The notes under the pieces: model-generated
Told to the model about the DNA's origin: nothing
Databases searched by the model: none
What the model saw: the letters and a program-made list of their open reading frames with translations, nothing else
DNA from: Bugula neritina
Taxonomy: Eukaryota > Animalia > Bryozoa
Length of the DNA stretch: 64,000 nucleotides
Assembly: GCA_964035545.1 (NCBI GenBank)
Contig: OZ037765.1
Coordinates: 7,822,698-7,886,697 of the forward strand
Direction: 5' to 3'
Part shown: piece by piece, positions 1 to 11,994 of the stretch
How positions within the stretch are numbered: the first letter of the stretch is position 1
Layout of the letters: each line of letters begins with the position of its first letter
Position numbers and translations under genes: made by a program

Positions 1-33
1 AAACGATTGGCACAAAATAATTTTGAGGTTTAC

Positions 34-2429
34 CTGCGAGCCTGTGTTTGTGGGAGTAACATTCCTTGCGGAGCGCTTTATTGAACCACCTGAAGAGTTT
101 CTCAAGACTGCATCATTTATCTTCCTAAGACTTTGCATTTCTTGTTTTTCTCTTTCAATTTTTTCGAGCTCAAGCTGCTCAGAAGATTTTATTGGTGTCA
201 CTCGATTACGAGGTCTTCTAAAAATACATTGTAGAAAGCCATATAGCCAGGCAAAGGGACCAAAGTTTTATGAAACTGTATGTTTACAGGAAGTTGTTAC
301 CCATTTACATTTAGGTGATACTTGCCTTAAGAACGATGGTGATTGCGGTATTGTGTTCTTGGGAATTTTCGGGGGCTTAACATCAGTAGTACCGACAGCT
401 CCTTTGCGTTTAGAGCTGGGAGACAGCCCTTGCCTCTTTAATCTAGCCGACTCAGTACACTTCATCAATCTATAAACACATGAAGCACTTATTCTATAAA
501 ATGAAACTTTGTATTCCATAAAATGAAACTTTGTTTAAATAAAAATCATATAACCAAAGCTTTATAATTTGAATTAACTTTCGTGTTAAAACTAAACAGT
601 GTTAAAAATATATTTAAACACTTACATTTTTGGCAACTTATAAAAACTCACGCAAGTTTATAGTCGCTATCCCTGTGAGAAACCCCTGATGGAAAGGGTT
701 TTTGCTAGAATGGGCTAAGGGCTTGTTTAAATGAGGCACAGGAGCAATTATGATTGGATGCTCTTCCTAACATCACCAATGGCCTTTGTCGGTGTTCGAA
801 CCCACAACTTCGTGTTCACAAAGCAAACGCTTTAACCCCTAGACCACGGCTGCTCATTTTTTGGCAAAAATATAAGTGTTGACCAGATATTTCGTTCAGC
901 TTCAGGTTTGCAACAAAAAATGATATAAAGCTGCTTTTGAGCTCATCTTAACTTAAAGGAACAAGCTAAATTCAATAACTTGTGTACTAAAATTAGTTAC
1001 CTAGATAAAGATCCAGATAGAGCCCTTTTCCCACCAGCTAAGCTTTGTTGCGTAGAGCTTGATTGCAATGATGAAGAACTCGCTGTGCGGTGGCGGACTT
1101 TACTTCGAGTATTGGCAGCAGAATCATGAGATCTCGTTCTAGCTCGAAGAGTTTTTAATGGGGATTTCTTGCCCTTGAATGGTGTGCCCGAATGGGCAGA
1201 GACTCGGCCCAACTTCACAGCAGGTGTTGACTTCTTCGAGCTTGACGAGTTACTTTCTGTAGATTTCTTGCTCAATGATGATCTAGAGGTTGAATTATGC
1301 AGCTTAACTGGCGGTCCCTCAACTGGCGGTCCCTCAACTGGCAGCTCCATATGCTCTTCACTAGAACCTTCCTCTATCAATGTATTTTCATGGTCCTCGG
1401 CAGTCCGAAGAGCTTTGGTCACTGAGCGGGTTATTCTCCTGTTAGCCAAAGCGGGACTCTTTTGAGGTGGAGTCATATAAGCGAGGTTACTAAAAAAAAA
1501 TCATGTTTTTCAAATTAAAACAGAACTTGCAAAATTTTACACTGAGGACTAATTACGTTAACTTATGTAACTCATTTCATAAACAATAACTACTGATTTA
1601 CTCAAAAATATCTATAGGATGTAAATATAATTAAGGCTGTACTTTATCAGTATTCATAATTACTTGTTGGTAACCTAATGCAGTGAGTTATAAGCAAAAT
1701 TAACCATAAATTAACAAGACACGGCTAATAAATCAAGAAACAGGTGTAACAAGCTAGACTTTTACTAGTATATTACTGATACAACTAAAATAGAATTATA
1801 ACACAGGTTTTATCATGCACAGATCATGTTATAAATAAAGTCATTATATAATGAAATGGGTTCACAGGCAGTCTCTTCTTTCAAGGACCGCAATTCCACA
1901 CACCTCTTCAATGAAATTCTAGAGTTATTACTCATGGTAGAAGCTGTGTTGCTTATATCACGGAAAATGCCAGCGGGACTTCTAAACAAGGTTGAATCGT
2001 CAAAATTTGGCTTTTCCCCAACTGTTTTTCTCTCTAAAAAACCAATAAAACATTATAATGACAAACAGAAAATACACAAAAACTTCAAGTGTAGATTTAG
2101 TGTACTCAATATATAATATCTAACAAAACGTAACTTAATGCTTGACCGTATTTATGTAACTTTTGCAAAAAAAATTGAATTATTGTTGTATGAAATATTT
2201 GTCCAACATTTTAAAGTCAAAAGTCAGCGATAGTTGTATTCAAGTTAACTAACATAGCATTTTGGTATTGTTATCACTGTTATTACCCTAACTAATACCC
2301 ATGCTATAAAAGTACAACATTACCAAAAATAGATTCATTCACTGAGTAATCCGTTTCATTGAATTCTCTGAACATAGGAGCGTCCATCTCGTACATGGAA
2401 TCAATTTGAAAATCTTTCTCCCCTTCCAT
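34..2429 (-). CDS. TPX2: Targeting protein for Xklp2 (TPX2), 5' exons; gene continues past the left edge
   Basis: Exons 2429-2324, 2033-1904, 1489-1001, 469-326 and 217-34 join in frame. N-terminus MEGEKDFQIDSMYEMDAPMFREF matches the TPX2 Aurora-A-binding pattern (D-x-x-Y-E-x-D-A-P-x-F). Later TIPQSPSF and KSSEQLELEKIEREKQEM resemble TPX2 TIPxTP and KSTEEQELE segments. Confidence 0.8.
637..855 (-). mobile_element. tRNA-derived SINE, copy 1 (TPX2 intron)
   Basis: Minus strand starts GAGCAGCCGTGGTCTAGGGGTTAAAGCG (A box) and then has GGGTTCGAACACC (B box). Flanked by direct repeat TTTTTGGCAA (627-636 and 858-867). Homologous copy at about 11410-11587. Confidence 0.8.
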
Positions 2430-2849
2430 GGTAAACGTTATTTGACAAGATACAAATAAGCTTTCGGAAAGACTACCAACAAAATACAGCAGAATGTAAG
2501 CAAGACACAGTTTAATAACAGAGCTGGCTTAAAACTTCAAAATTTATTCTAATTAAATTTTGATTTAAATTTTAATTCAATTTAAATTTAACCAGTTCAA
2601 TTACTAAGCCGTATGTCAGTGTTGCATGAAGATGAAAGCGAATAGTGTTATGATTTTGCGGGTTTAATGAAATAGACAAGTAGTCTGCATGCCAATACTT
2701 GTGATTGTTAAATAAAAGTCTTTGTAAAATGTTGATTCTAATAGCCTTTATTGATGTATATAGTAGTTTCCTCTGCGAGCTCCAGTGTTAGACTCATTTG
2801 TTACAAAAAATGCTCGCCCTTATATACTGCCAGAAAAATGCCCGCCACG

Positions 2850-2968
2850 TAGGGGTCCGAAGTCGGCCGAATTCGGAGTTCCGCCGTCCGAATTCGGATG
2901 AGTCTGTCCGAAAATCAGACAGACTCCATCCGAAATCGTACCTTGGTTCCGAATTCGGCTCACATACT
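2850..2968. repeat. GC-rich palindromic cluster (CCGAATTCGG x3 plus hairpin), probable non-autonomous DNA transposon remnant
   Basis: Three CCGAATTCGG palindromes and further CCGAA motifs. Hairpin cgaattcggatg-agtctgtc / gacagact-c-catccgaaatcg at 2889-2938. CpG-rich island in an AT-rich background. Confidence 0.5.
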
Positions 2969-3489
2969 TATTTATTTAATATACAAAGAAAAAGTGGCAG
3001 GGGAGAACAACTCAAATAATAACAAAACAAGTGTGTGCTTGATTTCCACTACAATAGTAATGCAGATAAGAATATTATAATAGTAATACTGTATAAATTT
3101 AGTGTGTCACAGTTACGGTGATGAATTCTGGTTCCAAAACCAAGAAAATATTTAGAAAATGAAGTTATATTTTAGTTATGCAATGAACACAGTAATTTTC
3201 TCTTATTACTTAGACTATTAAATATTTACATCGAACTATAATTGAAGTTTAAGTTGCAAGTCGAATCAAGCACTGACCAATTTAGCTAGAGATTAGAGGC
3301 ACAAACAAAATGAAAATGCTCAAGTAATGTTTAAGTAAAATATTAATAAGGTTTTGCCTTTGGTCAATTCACGCGAATTCACTGGCAGGCATTTTATCAC
3401 TTGAAAGTTGAATATATATTTATAGTTATAGGTTTATTTGAAAGATTGCATACCTACACCAAGTTTCTTGCTTGAGGCCTAACAGTTTA

Positions 3490-3810
3490 AGTTTTAGTTA
3501 CTGTTACGCTTACAGTGTTAGTAGTTACACTTACAGTAACAGTTACTGTAACTGTTAGTGTTGAGATTTACTTTTACATTAACCACAAACTCAAAGATTA
3601 CTATTACTATCATTATTAGCATTATAATAACTATTACATTTACTAACAGTGATTTACTAAAAGTAAAAGTAAATGAAGTACTAGACCTAGTACTACTAGT
3701 AGTAGAAGAAGTAGTCGTTGACAGCATTAGACTTGGTAGAACTAGATCTAAAAGTAGAAGTAAAACTGAAAGTAAAACTAAAATTAAAAGACCAAGTTCA
3801 AACTAAGAGC
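3490..3810. repeat. Degenerate A(G/C)T-periodic low-complexity array
   Basis: Runs such as gttactgtta, agtaacagttactgtaactgttagt, actattactatcattatt and agtaaaagtaaa. The Ile/Thr/Val-rich ORFs called here are a by-product. Confidence 0.75.
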
Positions 3811-6800
3811 CGATTTCAGTAGACATTTCAACTGATTGTACTAGTCAAAGTTTTATAAAATTGGAACTAGTATAAAATTAAATAGTTAACATGTACGACA
3901 TTAAAATTAAAATTTGTAACTTGAACAAAGTGAGAATGTGAATGAAACGCCAACGAGAAAGCTGGCCTTAATAATAAATTCGAAATTTCTGCGCGTATGA
4001 TTTGACCAATAAATTGAGACACGCTTGCGGATTCGGTGATTGCTTCAAAGAGAGATAGCCCCATTGGTTAGGTGAGCAAAATTAAAAAGCAAACAACTCC
4101 ATCAAATGTTATCTATAGTAGTATGAAAATCCATAATAAATTTTGCTTGTATACTACAAAATACTTGTATACTACAAAATAAATCTAAATACTAACGCTG
4201 TGCATTGAAATTGAAACTCAGTTGATAACTAATGCTAAATAAATTGATTAAACGATACCCTGCGTTGCACAATGCTGCAGATTGTATGTACTTTACTTTA
4301 TTTTGATGGGTGATTGATCAAACATTCAGTCATGCAATACAGTTTAAAGTTAGTATATTCATAGCATTTTGTTATAAATTACATCTAGCACAACAGAGCC
4401 AAAAACAAAATAAATAACTTTGGCCAACAATAGTTGTATACCTGTTTCATAGTAGTAAAACAGTATATCATTTTGTAAACAATAAGACATGAAAACATAT
4501 TATTATAAAGATTAAACTTCACTAAAAGCAATTACCGTATTACACTTGTTAAAGTAGAGATACATATGGCATACAAGTAAGAAATTTATAGCCCAGCTGG
4601 TTATAGATTCATATGCATCAAACATATGAAAAATTTTGCTAGAAATTTCGGTAGAGCCTAAGTTTTCTAGTAAGCCACTGCTATATGAACTGGTTGATTA
4701 GCTTATAAGATGTCATGGCTCTTTTAAATTGGGCCCACTAAGATTTCAAAATTTTTAGAAATTATTAAAGAAAACCTCGATTTAATCAAACAAAGATGAT
4801 AGTAGATTGTTACTCATTTGAAAAGTATTGCTGTGTGAGGTTCATATATTGCTTTCACTATTTGTCTGGCTATATAATCATATGCAAATATTATGGTTTC
4901 AAAGTCAAAAAATATAGTGTGAGAAATTAAATTTCTACATAATTTTTCATTTAAAAACTAAATCTATACAAATTAAAATGAACAGAAGCTCATTGGAACA
5001 ACATTTAATACTATAGATGTATATGGGGGAGGGGAGTTTTTTTTGCCGTTCATCTATTTTAAGTATAACTATATGTTGACAGTAAGCAATAATTTAGAAC
5101 TATAATATTAGCAGTATCATAAATTTCTTCAAACTTGCAGTATGTAATGGCATTTGACATTGCATAATCTACCTGCACCTGACCAAAGTAACTATAAATT
5201 AAAAACTTTCTAATTATATGCATGAAGCATTGTGGACACTCTTTGCATGAAAGAAAGACATCCATGATTTATCCCTGAATAGCTACTTGTAATTGCTTAT
5301 GCATTATGTTTATTTATTATGCAACTGCATTATCTTTTACCTAGCTGTTTTAAGTGAATACTGTAATATGCAATATTTTGAAAATGTTTGTGCTTGCTAT
5401 AAAGTATTACATTTGCACTCAACTTCTAACCTTAAAGGCCTTTAAATAGAGGTATAAACTGATGCTGCAGTCTTTAGGATTCTACTAATCATTTTATCCA
5501 TGGCAACATCTACACTTAGAATAAAGTACCCCTCTGTGGACTACTGGAGTTGTGTTCACAATAACAGAGAGAGCATAATTTGTAACAATGTGTATTAAAG
5601 TTGGGTGTAAACCATGTATTTTCTAGGAAGTTATTGGTTGCAAGAGCAACACTGTATGCATAACAAGTTGTTAGATGAAAATGTTATTACATGTCATGTA
5701 GATAGCTTTGTTTTCTATAAAACTGGTATGGGTGACACCATATTTGTGTGGTTACTTGAGTCATAAAAGAATATGCTGTGTATATTCCACACAGCTCACA
5801 AGTAGCTTTTAATTTATACTAGTACTGCATGGGCATAAAATAATTTCCCTGAGTTTACTTAATCTTCTTGAGATATTTTGAAAGATAAGTTATAAAACTA
5901 TATGCAAGTTTAAAGCAGATAAGTAACTTCCCGTTAGGTGTAACACTTTTGAAAGCCAAGATTCAGCTGAGAAAGTTCGCAAGTTATTACTACCAAAAAA
6001 CTGAACAAATGACATGCAGAAATCAAAAAATCACTTCTAATGCCAAAGGTTATGTAATTCAACAATTTTTTTCCCTGTCAAAAGCTAATCTAGCACTTTT
6101 ATACCATTTTATAAGCAATAAGCTTTGGTGTAAATTATTAACTTTATCCCATGCATGTCACTAGTCAATAAATGTCCTGTTATATGGTTTTAGCTTTGTT
6201 TTAAATTTACTAATTATTAGTAATATTAAAATACATTCCATGTACACATTTAAAAATATTTTTGTAACGGTTGTAAAGTAACTGCAGCTTTCTATCAACT
6301 TTAAAGTTCTATAAGTGACCCTCCAGCTGAAAAATTCTAAGCAAGTTTTAAGGTTTGCTTTCATGACTCATGTTTTAATAGCACTTGCTTATTTTTAAGC
6401 ATCTCAATTTCACACAAACAACATATTAAAAGTTTGATATTTTGTAATGTTCATTCACACATAAGGTTTTACCTATATAGCTAAAGATATTTAGCAGAAG
6501 ATAATTAAATATTTTTGACCATACAGCTCACAATACATGTTACAATTTGAGAGGGATTTCTATAATCAAAATAAACAATCAGTTGATTATTTTATATTTA
6601 AAATATTACATGTATAGAATTTTAACCAGTTGGTAAACCTTAAATGCTATATTTGGGGAAAACGGCATAGAATATTTAACACAGATATTTTTAAAAATCT
6701 ACTTTGCAGTATGACATACATACATAAAAATAGTTGAAACAAAACCATCAACTACAAACACAAAAACATATGGACGGATTTTATGCTACAACTAAAAAAT

Positions 6801-7159
6801 TTAAAAGTTGAAAAAGCTATAGCCACTAAAAATTGACCTGTATTTAAAGTGCTGTTGATTTGAGGTAATACAAAAAAAAATCTAGACATTTTAAAGATGG
6901 ATGATTTGACAAAAGCCAGCCAGTAAGCTATAGTTGTGAGGGTCACAATAACTAGATATATTACTGAACAATAGATTAACTTTGAGATTAAAACAATCTA
7001 CGCTAGTAAACTAAAAATCCAATATGAAATACAATAAATATTGTGCAATTTAAACTTCAGGAGACATTTTAACTGGAAAGGGAAAACAAGTTTTGAACAA
7101 AATTTTACAAAAAGTTTCAAATTAGTTTGGAAAAGTTGTTTGCTTTGCTTTTTGTTGTA

Positions 7160-8460
7160 TTAACTGAGTTTCCTAGGTTTTAGCTCAAATAGTATCATCA
7201 CGGAACTTTTGACAACCATGCATGCCTGCTGCCAGTTATTGAACTGAGAGTTTGGCCAACTATCACTGAATGCAGATAAATTATTTTCTTCACAGCCAAT
7301 TTGTTCAATAGAGAGAGGAGCACCCAAGCTACCCTCAACTAGTCTTGCCATCTCTGTCGCTTTTTTTCGAGCATTTTGTACAGCATTACCAGCCGATTGT
7401 AGCCTTCAAACAAAAAATGTAATTTAATTCAAACCGTCAAAATAATTAAAATAACTATTAGCATAATGCAAAAAAAAAACCAGACAAATAATATACCAGT
7501 GCAGTGGGTTAACTGCTGAGCTTTTCCCAAACATCATATAATATACCATAGGAAAACTTTAAAACCAGTATATACTAAAACAGGTTATGGTAGCAATAAA
7601 AACAGGAATTTAATATTTTTATTTTCAATTAAGTGAACTTGACAAAAAACATACAATTCAAAAGTAAATTTGTGTAAGCCAGAAATAAACCCGAATACAA
7701 CCTGTTGGAGCCATCTTTCAAGTTTTAACAGTTTTTATTTTGGATTGTGCAGATAATTGTAAGTTGGAATCATAAAAATCTCGTTCCACAATCCAGTGAA
7801 AAAAGAATGTGAGTAAATATGTACATAGAAAGTGACAAGTTATGTTTCATGTCACTCACCTGCCTTGAGCTAAAGATTTCGAACTGATAGAGAATGTAAT
7901 AGGCGTTAGAGTAACCGTATCATCTAACTTTTGAGTTAAAATTTCAGAAAGCTCATACAGTTTAGTAGCATCAGAGCTGGTGACAAATATCTCAGAGGTA
8001 TGGGTATAGCCAGTCTCCACAGATTGAAACACTTTTGTTTCAGCTTCCTGTAAAAATGCATATATACATCTGAAAAATCTAAGGAATATAATGCTATTTT
8101 GACGTAGCTTCATTATTATAAAAATAAAATAAAACAAAACACATGGGGGATAACTTTCGTGATTCACGAAAACAGAGATTTTATTTAATTAAAAGTAATG
8201 TTTCTTACTGGTATCTGACAGTTTTGAATAGTCTGCTTGACATATGCAAGCCTTCTTTCCACACTGTCTTTTGCTTGTGACACTGAGACTTTCTGACTTG
8301 TGATTCTAATCAAAACATGGCAAAGATCTGGCACAATTTTCACTATCCCAACAGCTTCAACTTGTAAGGAACGTTTAAATGAGAGGTTGATATCAGTATC
8401 TGACGAGATTCCTATCTTGGGTGCTTTGAAATGCTTAGTTGTTGGTAAATCAGAATTCAT
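7160..8460 (-). CDS. IRAK1BP1: IRAK1-binding protein 1 (SIMPL domain)
   Basis: Exons 8460-8209, 8047-7860 and 7403-7160 join in frame with GT-AG sites. RSLQVEAVGIVKIVPD...AKDSVERRLAYVKQTI and AVQNARKKATEMARLVEGSLGAPLSI...VMILFELK match the SIMPL/IRAK1BP1 family. Confidence 0.85.
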
Positions 8461-9029
8461 TCTCAGTGTTGGGGTTTAACATTTCACACTATAATAAAGT
8501 AAAAAAACCTCATTTTGTAAGCAAGCAAATTAGCAAAAAGTAATTTAATTTTATGAGAGCCACTTTATTGAGTGCAGAATGCAGCTTTGTCAGCTGAGTG
8601 TAGATCTTGACCAAAGCAAAACTTGTTTAATTATTAATACAACAAATTGACAGGTTTAGTAAAACTGAAATTTCTATAAAAAAAAACATTGCGCAGGCAA
8701 ATTAACCAGCAAGTGAAAAGGCTAACCCAAAGCATTTGTCATTGGCTTTAAAATTATAACTTGTAGACTTCATTTTTTCACTTGAAGATTAAAAGATAAC
8801 TCAAGTAACTTTGATGAGATTTGACTTATTTTAACATAATTATGGAGCTAAGCAAGACATTGAAATACACGTAGCAACTGGTGAACTAGATCCAAGATTT
8901 TCTGATACAGAGAAGGCAAAAACTCGTTATCAAAGAGAAATCTTCATCAAAACTAGAGACAATGTCAGTGATACCACAAGGTTTAATCATGGGCTCAACA
9001 AAATTTTCAATACACACAATAATCTTCCC

Positions 9030-9715
9030 CAACTAAGCATTTATACTGATGACACAAAACATCAATGGCATACAGAAATAGTCAGTTGGCTAAAAAATGG
9101 CTTTTAATAATATAAGTGCAAATTCATAACTTTTTGTAATCGGAAATACTGACCAAGATACATGCAAGAAAAAATTGAGATTTACTGGGTCGACAAAGCG
9201 ACATATCTAGGTTTGGGGCCCTGCAGATTAATTTTAAATTTGATCTACAAATAAAACTTAGAAAAGATAAAGCTTTAAAAACTCTTCAGGCAATTAAGCA
9301 CATTCTGCATGAGGCTTCTCAAAGAAAATAGACTACTGGCTTACACGAACTTGTGTCATTCCATACTAGAATACGCAGATGTTATGTGAGTACCGACATT
9401 AACCAAAGACATTGCGATTTCACAAACGATACAACATGGGCTGTTAAGTTTATTGCTGGACTTATGAGACGAGAGAGTGTCACTGAGGCATGCTTCCAGT
9501 TTGGCCCTTAGCTTCATAAATATGCACAATAGCATACTAAAAATTAGATAGAGCTGCCAAAATATACCAATAGGTCTGCTGCCCATGATGAGCCAACATC
9601 TTTACACCCAACATTAACATCACTAGTATATACTATATCATTATCATAACGTGGTAGTTTCACATTCCTACCAAGAACTATTACTATCAGAGACACCAGA
9701 GACATGAGAGCATAT
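9030..9715 (+). mobile_element. Decayed CR1/L2-group LINE, reverse-transcriptase 3' part
   Basis: Broken frames give IYTDDTK (~9039, YADD motif), TYLG (~9201), LLAYTNLCHSILEYADVM*VP (~9333-9395) and FLPRTI (~9666). Many stops and frameshifts. Confidence 0.75.
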
Positions 9716-9889
9716 ATTAAGTTTAACTTTAACTTTAAGACACATAACACAACATGAACACCTACTTCAGCTGTAGCCAAAAAACCTTACACTTAAGGTG
9801 TAAACCAGATGAAACATTCCTATAACCTCTAGCATTTGTGAGTAATCAAAATCTTCAAAGGTATTCAAAAGTAAATGACTATCACCATT

Positions 9890-10120
9890 AGTATTACTAA
9901 TTGTAGATTTAGTATTATTACTACTACTACTACTGTACTAGTAGTAGTAGTGAGTACTAGTACTAGTAGTATTCACTAGTACTACTACTACTAGGACGAG
10001 GACAACGAGGACAATAAAATTTAAATATAAAAATGATATTAATATATAATTAAATAACAATTATATTAATAATGATGATAACCATAGTGATAGTCATAAT
10101 GTCAATGATAATCATAATGA
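9890..10120. repeat. Degenerate ACT/AGT-periodic array on the IRAK1BP1 side of the divergent promoter
   Basis: ctactactactactgtactagtagtagtagtgagtactagtactagtagt...; a weaker array lies on the other side at about 10390-10745. Confidence 0.7.
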
Positions 10121-10748
10121 AAAATTACGCATGTCCCATTTTGATTTCATTTTATTATGGGCGGCTTAAATTTGAAAAAAAAAGAAATTACATTTGACAC
10201 TTCGTTTATCAAGCTAATATTTATAAAATTACATAAAGTACGAGACACTCTTTATTCGTAACCGTGATGTATGGTTCTTGCAAAAGAAATGAGTTTAGCA
10301 TTTTTCCCGACTCCAGTATCGTCAAGAGCAAATTTTTTTGTCGAGAATCTATCTGAGTGGTCAAATTTTGTTGTTTGTGTTTAAAATTAGTTAGTATTAC
10401 CATTACTGCTACTGATAATAAGAAAGTTACAGTTACATCTATTTGCAACACAAAATTTAATAATTTTTTCAAAAACATTATGCCTTAACATGTAGTCATT
10501 AACTTGAGTCGCTCAAGTCAATTTTACTTTTAATAAATAGATAATAAATTCATAATAATTTTAATTTATTAAATTTAATTATAATTTATAATATTGATTG
10601 TAATTATAATAATTGACGTTTTTTATTGAGTAACTTATTGAGTTTGACTTTGAGTTAAAGCTAACACCAACTGTAAGTGGCTATTATTACTAGCAAATGT
10701 GTATTTTTGTATAAGAGTAGTTTGTTTGTTATACTTATAGTTATAGAG

Positions 10749-11994
10749 ATGGCAGAGGAAAGCAGTACTCTTGTTGGTTCAGCCGACCCATGGATAATGA
10801 CTGCATTGGCAGCCTATTCAGCAATGCTCATGCTAAAGTTCTTGCTGAATATCATGCTGATTATTGTCACGAGAACTAGGTTAAAGGTCAGGCTTTCATA
10901 CTATTGTTTTTTTGTAATAACTATCTGTTTGCACTTATAATGTTTAAACACCTAAGCCATTGACTCAAAAAGTTGTGTTTTAATTATTTTAACTACAAGT
11001 AAATGTTTGCTGAATTATGGTAGATCGTTCCTAATCCTGAAGATGTTATGTTGATGGGTAAAGATAAAGCCAAGGAAGTTAAAGTTGACACTTTTCATCC
11101 ACTTCTATGCAGAGTTCAAAGGTGAGTTGAACTTAGTTTGTTTTAATAGAAACTTGCTGGTAAATTACAGGTTTAATAATAAATGTATTAATTTATTTAT
11201 TTAGGATGCAGCAGAATGATCTAGAAAACATTATGCCATTTTTCATACTTGCTTTCCTCTACTGTATTTCTGCTGATCCATCTTACACTGCGGCTCTCTG
11301 GCACTTCAGGATATTCTTTGGTGCACGAGTACTCCACAGTCTGTGTCATTACTTTGCCATCCAGGTTAGTGAGTTAGCAGCTAAACAAATTTGTTAGAGA
11401 ATATAATGTAGTATAGAAAGCTCATGTTAGTTTATAGTTGCCATCCTTGTGAGAACCCCTCATGAAAAACTTGTTTTTTAATGTGGCAAGGGAGAAAGTA
11501 TGACTAAATGCTATTCCTAACAGCATCAGTGGCCTTTGTTGGGGATCAAACCACTGATCTTGTGTTTAATAAACCAGTGCTCTAACCCCTAGACCACAGC
11601 TACTCCCAATATATTATAGTGTAACTTGAAGTTAAGTTGCAATAGAGATAACATGTTGTGTTCTATAAATGCAAGTAAAACATTCTTTATAAGGGTTCAC
11701 AAATCAGCCTTGTTTTAGAACTGCAATCTCAACATTTCTTAGTTTTTGCGGACTAAACAATGTTTTAGTTTGGTTTTCATGTTATTTCATTGTGACTTTA
11801 AGCTTCACTGTTATATTACTTTTATTGAACACACAGATAAGATAATAAGAAATAGATGAAACCACTTCTTGTCATTGATTTTATTTTATTTGTAGCCATT
11901 GCGATCCATCTTTTATTTGGTGGCCATGTGTATCAATGTATCCTTAGCATTCCAAGTGCTCTACAAGGCTGGTCTAACAACAAAATATTTTTAA
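10749..11994 (+). CDS. MAPEG family protein, MGST1/PTGES-like, paralog A
   Basis: Exons 10749-10886, 11024-11121, 11205-11364 and 11896-11994, all GT-AG and in frame. Motifs NPED, RVQRMQQNDLENIMPF, HFRIFFGARVLHS and QPLRS. Confidence 0.9.
11410..11587 (-). mobile_element. tRNA-derived SINE, copy 2 (more diverged)
   Basis: Aligns by eye with 637-855: tttatagt...cc-tgtgagaacccct, atgct-ttcctaaca-cat/cca-tggcctttgt and taacccctagaccac-gct-ctc. Confidence 0.75.

Noticed and set aside
23-475. Plus-strand ORFs antisense to real exons (also 1169-1465, 24287-24538, 32070-32420, 58392-58661, 63390-63698)
   Set aside because: Shadow frames of minus-strand coding exons.
3518-3806. Ile/Thr/Val-rich short ORFs here and at 13779-13979, 27025-27407 and 55787-55996
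   Set aside because: Open frames arise from the 3/6-periodic arrays on both strands; no splice or family evidence.
4255-4275. ataccctgcgttgcac resembling a Helitron subterminal motif
   Set aside because: Too short, the hairpin is incomplete and no second end was found.
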